From: Obrimoposthia wandeli
Taxonomy: Eukaryota
Reading direction: 5' to 3'
DNA: 64,000 nucleotides
NCBI GenBank assembly: GCA_977020255.1
Contig: CDROCS010002180.1
Location: 124,001 to 188,000, forward strand
Positions 62,033 through 64,000 of the stretch are shown piece by piece. Under the pieces are notes generated by a model. It was not told the DNA's origin, ran no database searches, and saw only the letters and a list, made by a program, of their open reading frames with translations. Positions within the stretch are counted from its first letter, which is position 1. The number at the start of each line of letters is the position of its first letter. The translations under genes were made by a program, and so were the position numbers.

Positions 62033-64000
62033 CTAAAAGTTCAATTTGGCCGTTACCGTATTTCTCCGAATGAAAGTCGCAGTTCAATCAAAACTTCCCA
62101 AACACTAAAAGTGAATAAAAGGTATGTCAAATGATTAAAATATAACATACAATTACATGGCTTAAAACAGTTAATTGAAATGAATCTGCGTGATAAATGT
62201 TTGTATGTTATTCCAGTTGATAAAAGCTCCTACATGATCTTAAAATATCCTTAGACTAATTGACAATAATGAGGGACATATATAGGCAATGGGCTAGAAC
62301 CCCAATGCCTGTCTAAACAAATAAGTGTTTCTCAGAAATTACACATGGCATTCACCAATAATTGATCAACGTTTACAACAATTTTTTGATTACCGAATCA
62401 TACTTTTGTCCATTTTAGAGAGATTATCTTGCAAACAGGACAAAGTCTTAACCTCTTATATGGAATTAGGAAGAATGCTCTTCGTGTAACGATGGATGTT
62501 GTTTCCATTGATTAATCAGCCAAATCACAGTATCTTCGTGACAATTAAAATCTTCACAAAACGAATTTATAAACTTCATTTCATTTCTTCAGCCAGCATT
62601 TTAATAATGGAAATTATTAGAATTAGTGATTGTTTTTAAGTATATGCTTTTTTTACATTCTTTATTTCTTGTGTAAATTCAACCTTTATCATTAAAATAA
62701 TTTCAAAAGCAGTACATGTTGCTAAAATTGATAAAGTAAGTGCCATTCAGAAAGAATTGAACTCTGTACATAATATTTTGAACCTATCATTTTTAAACTT
62801 TTCCATCGACGAAACCTTTTGGATTTAGTAGACAATCTCACTAAATTTGCAAGATTGTCGATTGTGCCAAATTGTTAGAATTATGTATTTAAAAATTCTT
62901 GTGGCACGTGAAAGATCACTGAAAGCTAGAGAAAAATAAAAAATGAAAATATAATCTATTATGACTTTTATAAGAAGTTTAAATGAATGATTTTTCTGAC
63001 ATTAAACTGTTTTTATAAAGATTAGGATGACTCATTTTATAAAACAATTTTTAATGATATTTGCCACTATAATATTAAATCATTTTATTTTTTGTCATAA
63101 CCCTAATTTACAGACATAAATTAAGGTAATGAAAAAAATGTGTAAACTTGTATTTCAATTACTGATTTTATAAATATAAAAATACAATTTAATTGATATA
63201 AAATAATTAATTAACTATTTTAAATTTTATAAACGTTTGCATTAAAAATCATTTGGGACAATTTTCATGGATTCAGAAAAAACATACATTTATTTCTTTG
63301 ATGGACCTTTTTTCTTTTAATTTTTATAGAAACTCTACTATTTATGTCGCAAAAAATAATACGGAATGAAATATAAATAAAAATAAAATTAACATATATT
63401 TAATAAAGCGCTCATAAATATATGATTTTTTCCTCAGAAGTTTTGAAGTTCAACATCTTTATGAATTTTTCAACACTCTTACAGTTTATAATATCATCAG
63501 TAAGTTGTTGTAAAGATTCGAAACGTAAATTTCGAATATCCCATCCATTTGTTTGTTAGGTGAGAATTTGTTGACCAATCTGCAGTCGTTATTGTTGTTC
63601 CTACGATATTTTGCTCACTGCACTAGTATCGAGAAAATCATATAAATATTTGGGCTTCTGTGAGAGAATGCAGTTTGTAAAATGATATCAAATCAATTCT
63701 AGCGCTTAGAGTAAAATTTCATAGATTTATTAGATATTAGCTCTATATTATTGTTATTTATATAAAAAAAGAATGCGTTATAAGATAATATTTAAGAAAA
63801 TATTATTTTAAAAATTGTAAAATGTTAATTTTAAAACAATCCAATTACATTATCTTATCAACTAAACATAAACCAGTTCAGCGGTAATTTCCACGTTAAT
63901 ATGTGTAATACACGTTGTGTATTCTGGATGACAGCAGATTCTAATTAAAATATTTCGAAACTAAAAATGCATTACATATTAAATAAAGGTTATTTTTATT

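Noticed and set aside
62150-62700. piggyBac-like transposase remnant
   Set aside because: Only faint motif echoes (VNVDQLLV, LSCLQDN) across many stops; not supportable by eye.

Overview
AT-rich eukaryotic (metazoan-like) nuclear DNA made up mostly of nested, degraded transposable elements: Gypsy and Bel/Pao LTR retrotransposons, Tc1/pogo/Tigger, hAT and Maverick/Polinton derivatives. Host-type coding sequence comprises the last two exons of cullin-5 (61914-62032 and 59994-60315, minus strand) and four intronless, BRCT-less FCP1-like HAD phosphatase copies (three intact ORFs, one fragment). Most notable signal: small internally deleted Maverick-like elements. Three are bounded at both ends (25232-27923, 35422-37410, 55830-59980), alongside two orphan termini and a duplicated 230-bp micro-element. 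Their termini are AG(T/A)AG(T/G) hexamers; four have a 50-200 bp palindrome just inside, and two are flanked by 5/6-matching 6-bp TSDs. They retain pieces of protein-primed PolB, and two carry host-like cargo (STYX-like pseudophosphatase, ubiquitin-like domain). LTR elements also appear to carry ubiquitin/SUMO-pathway cargo: RING-H2 plus a SIM-like motif upstream of a PPT, and a Ubl domain after gag. All identifications are by-eye motif recognition and manual alignment; no database searches were run, and boundaries of degraded elements are approximate.
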